From positions 36,766,001 through 36,830,000 of the forward strand of contig OX597839.1 in the NCBI GenBank assembly GCA_951406725.2: 64,000 nt of DNA, given 5' to 3'. Shown piece by piece: positions 62,510 to 64,000 of this stretch. The DNA is from Octopus vulgaris. Lineage: Eukaryota. How positions within the stretch are numbered: position 1 is the first letter of the stretch; every line of letters starts with the position of its first letter. The notes beneath the pieces are model-generated. The model saw nothing but the letters and a program-made list of their open reading frames with translations, was not told the origin of the DNA and made no database searches. A program made the position numbers and the translations under genes.

Positions 62510-64000
62510 GTAAGGATTGTTTTATAAGAAACCTATCTGTGAAGAACAGGTGTTGGTGGAATGTGGTCTGCTTGCAGTGTAGGGAAGGAAGTGGGTGTAT
62601 GTTTGTGTAGTGAGAATGGGGAGACAATGTGATGGCAAGAATATTGTAGTGTGGTTGTGCTTGATGGATTTCTTGATTTAATCAGAAGATGGAAGGTAGT
62701 GCCCACAACCTTTATCAAGTCCCCTAATACAATAAAGTGAACTCTGTTAAACATACCCAAGAGTGAAGTGATAATATTAAACTGGGCAACAGATAAAATT
62801 TGCCTCATCAGAATAGGAAGTCTCTCTGTGTCACCCTATTTCCATTCATCAAATTTCACTTTGGTCAACCTCAGGCTATAGTAGAAAACATTTCTTCATG
62901 GTGTTGTGCAGTGGGATTGAACCTGAAACCGTGTAGTTAAGAAGCAAACTTAACCACACAATCATGCCTGCACCTATAAACTAGATAAAGAAGACTTACA
63001 TGTCTTACTCTGAGGATTTGAACTTATGATCGCACAATCAGTAGTCCATTACCATAACTACACAAATATATATCAAACTCCATAGAAGGGATGTTTATTG
63101 ACAAGTTATTTAAAAGTATATGTCCTAAGAAACTTAACAAAATAGAAACATCAATTGAGGCATCCACTGTCTGATATACAAGATAGAATATATGAAGGGG
63201 AACTCCGAAATATAGAACAAACTGACAAAATTTACAGTGTCAGTCGTTCAATTTTAAAATATAAACCTCATTAAAAACTACAATAGTAAAATTTTGCTAT
63301 GAAAGAATGATCTAGTAATAAGCATAAAGGTTAAAAAAGAACTTAAAAAACCCCAGCAATATTCCTCATAAGTAGAGCCAAGTCTATTTATAAATTCTAA
63401 ACAGCATAATTAAAAAGTAACTGTAATGTAATCAGAAGATGAGTATGGTGATTAATAGAACTATTTTTATTATTTTTTTAACCAATTACTAGTTTTGATT
63501 TATTTCAACTACTTTCTGAAACAACAAGTCCATTATTATAAACTACAATTGTATAATACTATTTTAAAGCAATTAATTAAAACACATTATCTAACAGGGG
63601 AACCTTTATGTTTACTTGTACTTGCATTTATGTCTTCGTGACTAACAATTTTCAAGGGAGGCTATTGACTACAGATTTACCTCCCCTGAAAGAATCGTCT
63701 TTTGAAAATAGCTCATTTTGCTTAAAAGAAAAAAGAAAAAAAAGAGAGATAAATTAGTCCAAGATATGTCTGAAGAAAACGTAAGATGCTTACGGATAGA
63801 ACATCTTCAAAGATGAGTCTACTGGATAAGAGGTAACAAAGTTAATAAATAGTTACGTAAAATTTAAATTAGACAGAATATCTCGTTGCTTACCTGGTCC
63901 TACTAGTCCTAATAAATAGGACATCAGGTTCCTTAAATGATGTAGTGGTCAGCATCAGTAACTGTCAAGTTTGACACTCACAACCATTGTCGATTCAAAG

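Noticed and set aside
62510-64000. Next ECE exon containing HExxH
   Set aside because: No LNFG.IG...GHE.TH coding sequence found before the window end; it must lie downstream.

Overview
Eukaryotic, AT-rich, repeat-dense nuclear DNA, most likely an octopus (coleoid cephalopod). That assignment is inferred from the SINE families, the microsatellite load and a mollusc-type mitochondrial insert. The one protein-coding gene I can support is a + strand M13 zinc metallopeptidase of the endothelin-converting enzyme (ECE1/ECE2, Drosophila Nep3-like) type. It has 12 phase-compatible GT-AG coding exons from 29849 to 62509 (1772 nt, about 590 aa), and its catalytic HExxH exons lie beyond the window end. 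The first ATG sits directly after a splice acceptor, so upstream exons are expected; candidates are a 30-nt micro-exon at 8201-8230 and a weaker one at 4608-4646. Intron 2 (numbered from the first coding exon) holds a mitochondrial insertion (NUMT: 12S 3' part, intact-folding tRNA-Val, 16S 5' part) that was later interrupted by two SINEs. It is followed by a 4 x ~340 bp tandem array with tRNA-like A/B-box motifs. The rest is decayed Tc1/mariner, hAT, CR1/L2-like and RTE LINEs, a small Helitron, a MITE, several SINE families and microsatellites. Nearly all ORFs in the supplied track are microsatellite or repeat artefacts. I found no convincing wholly new gene system; the notable items are structural or regulatory hypotheses.
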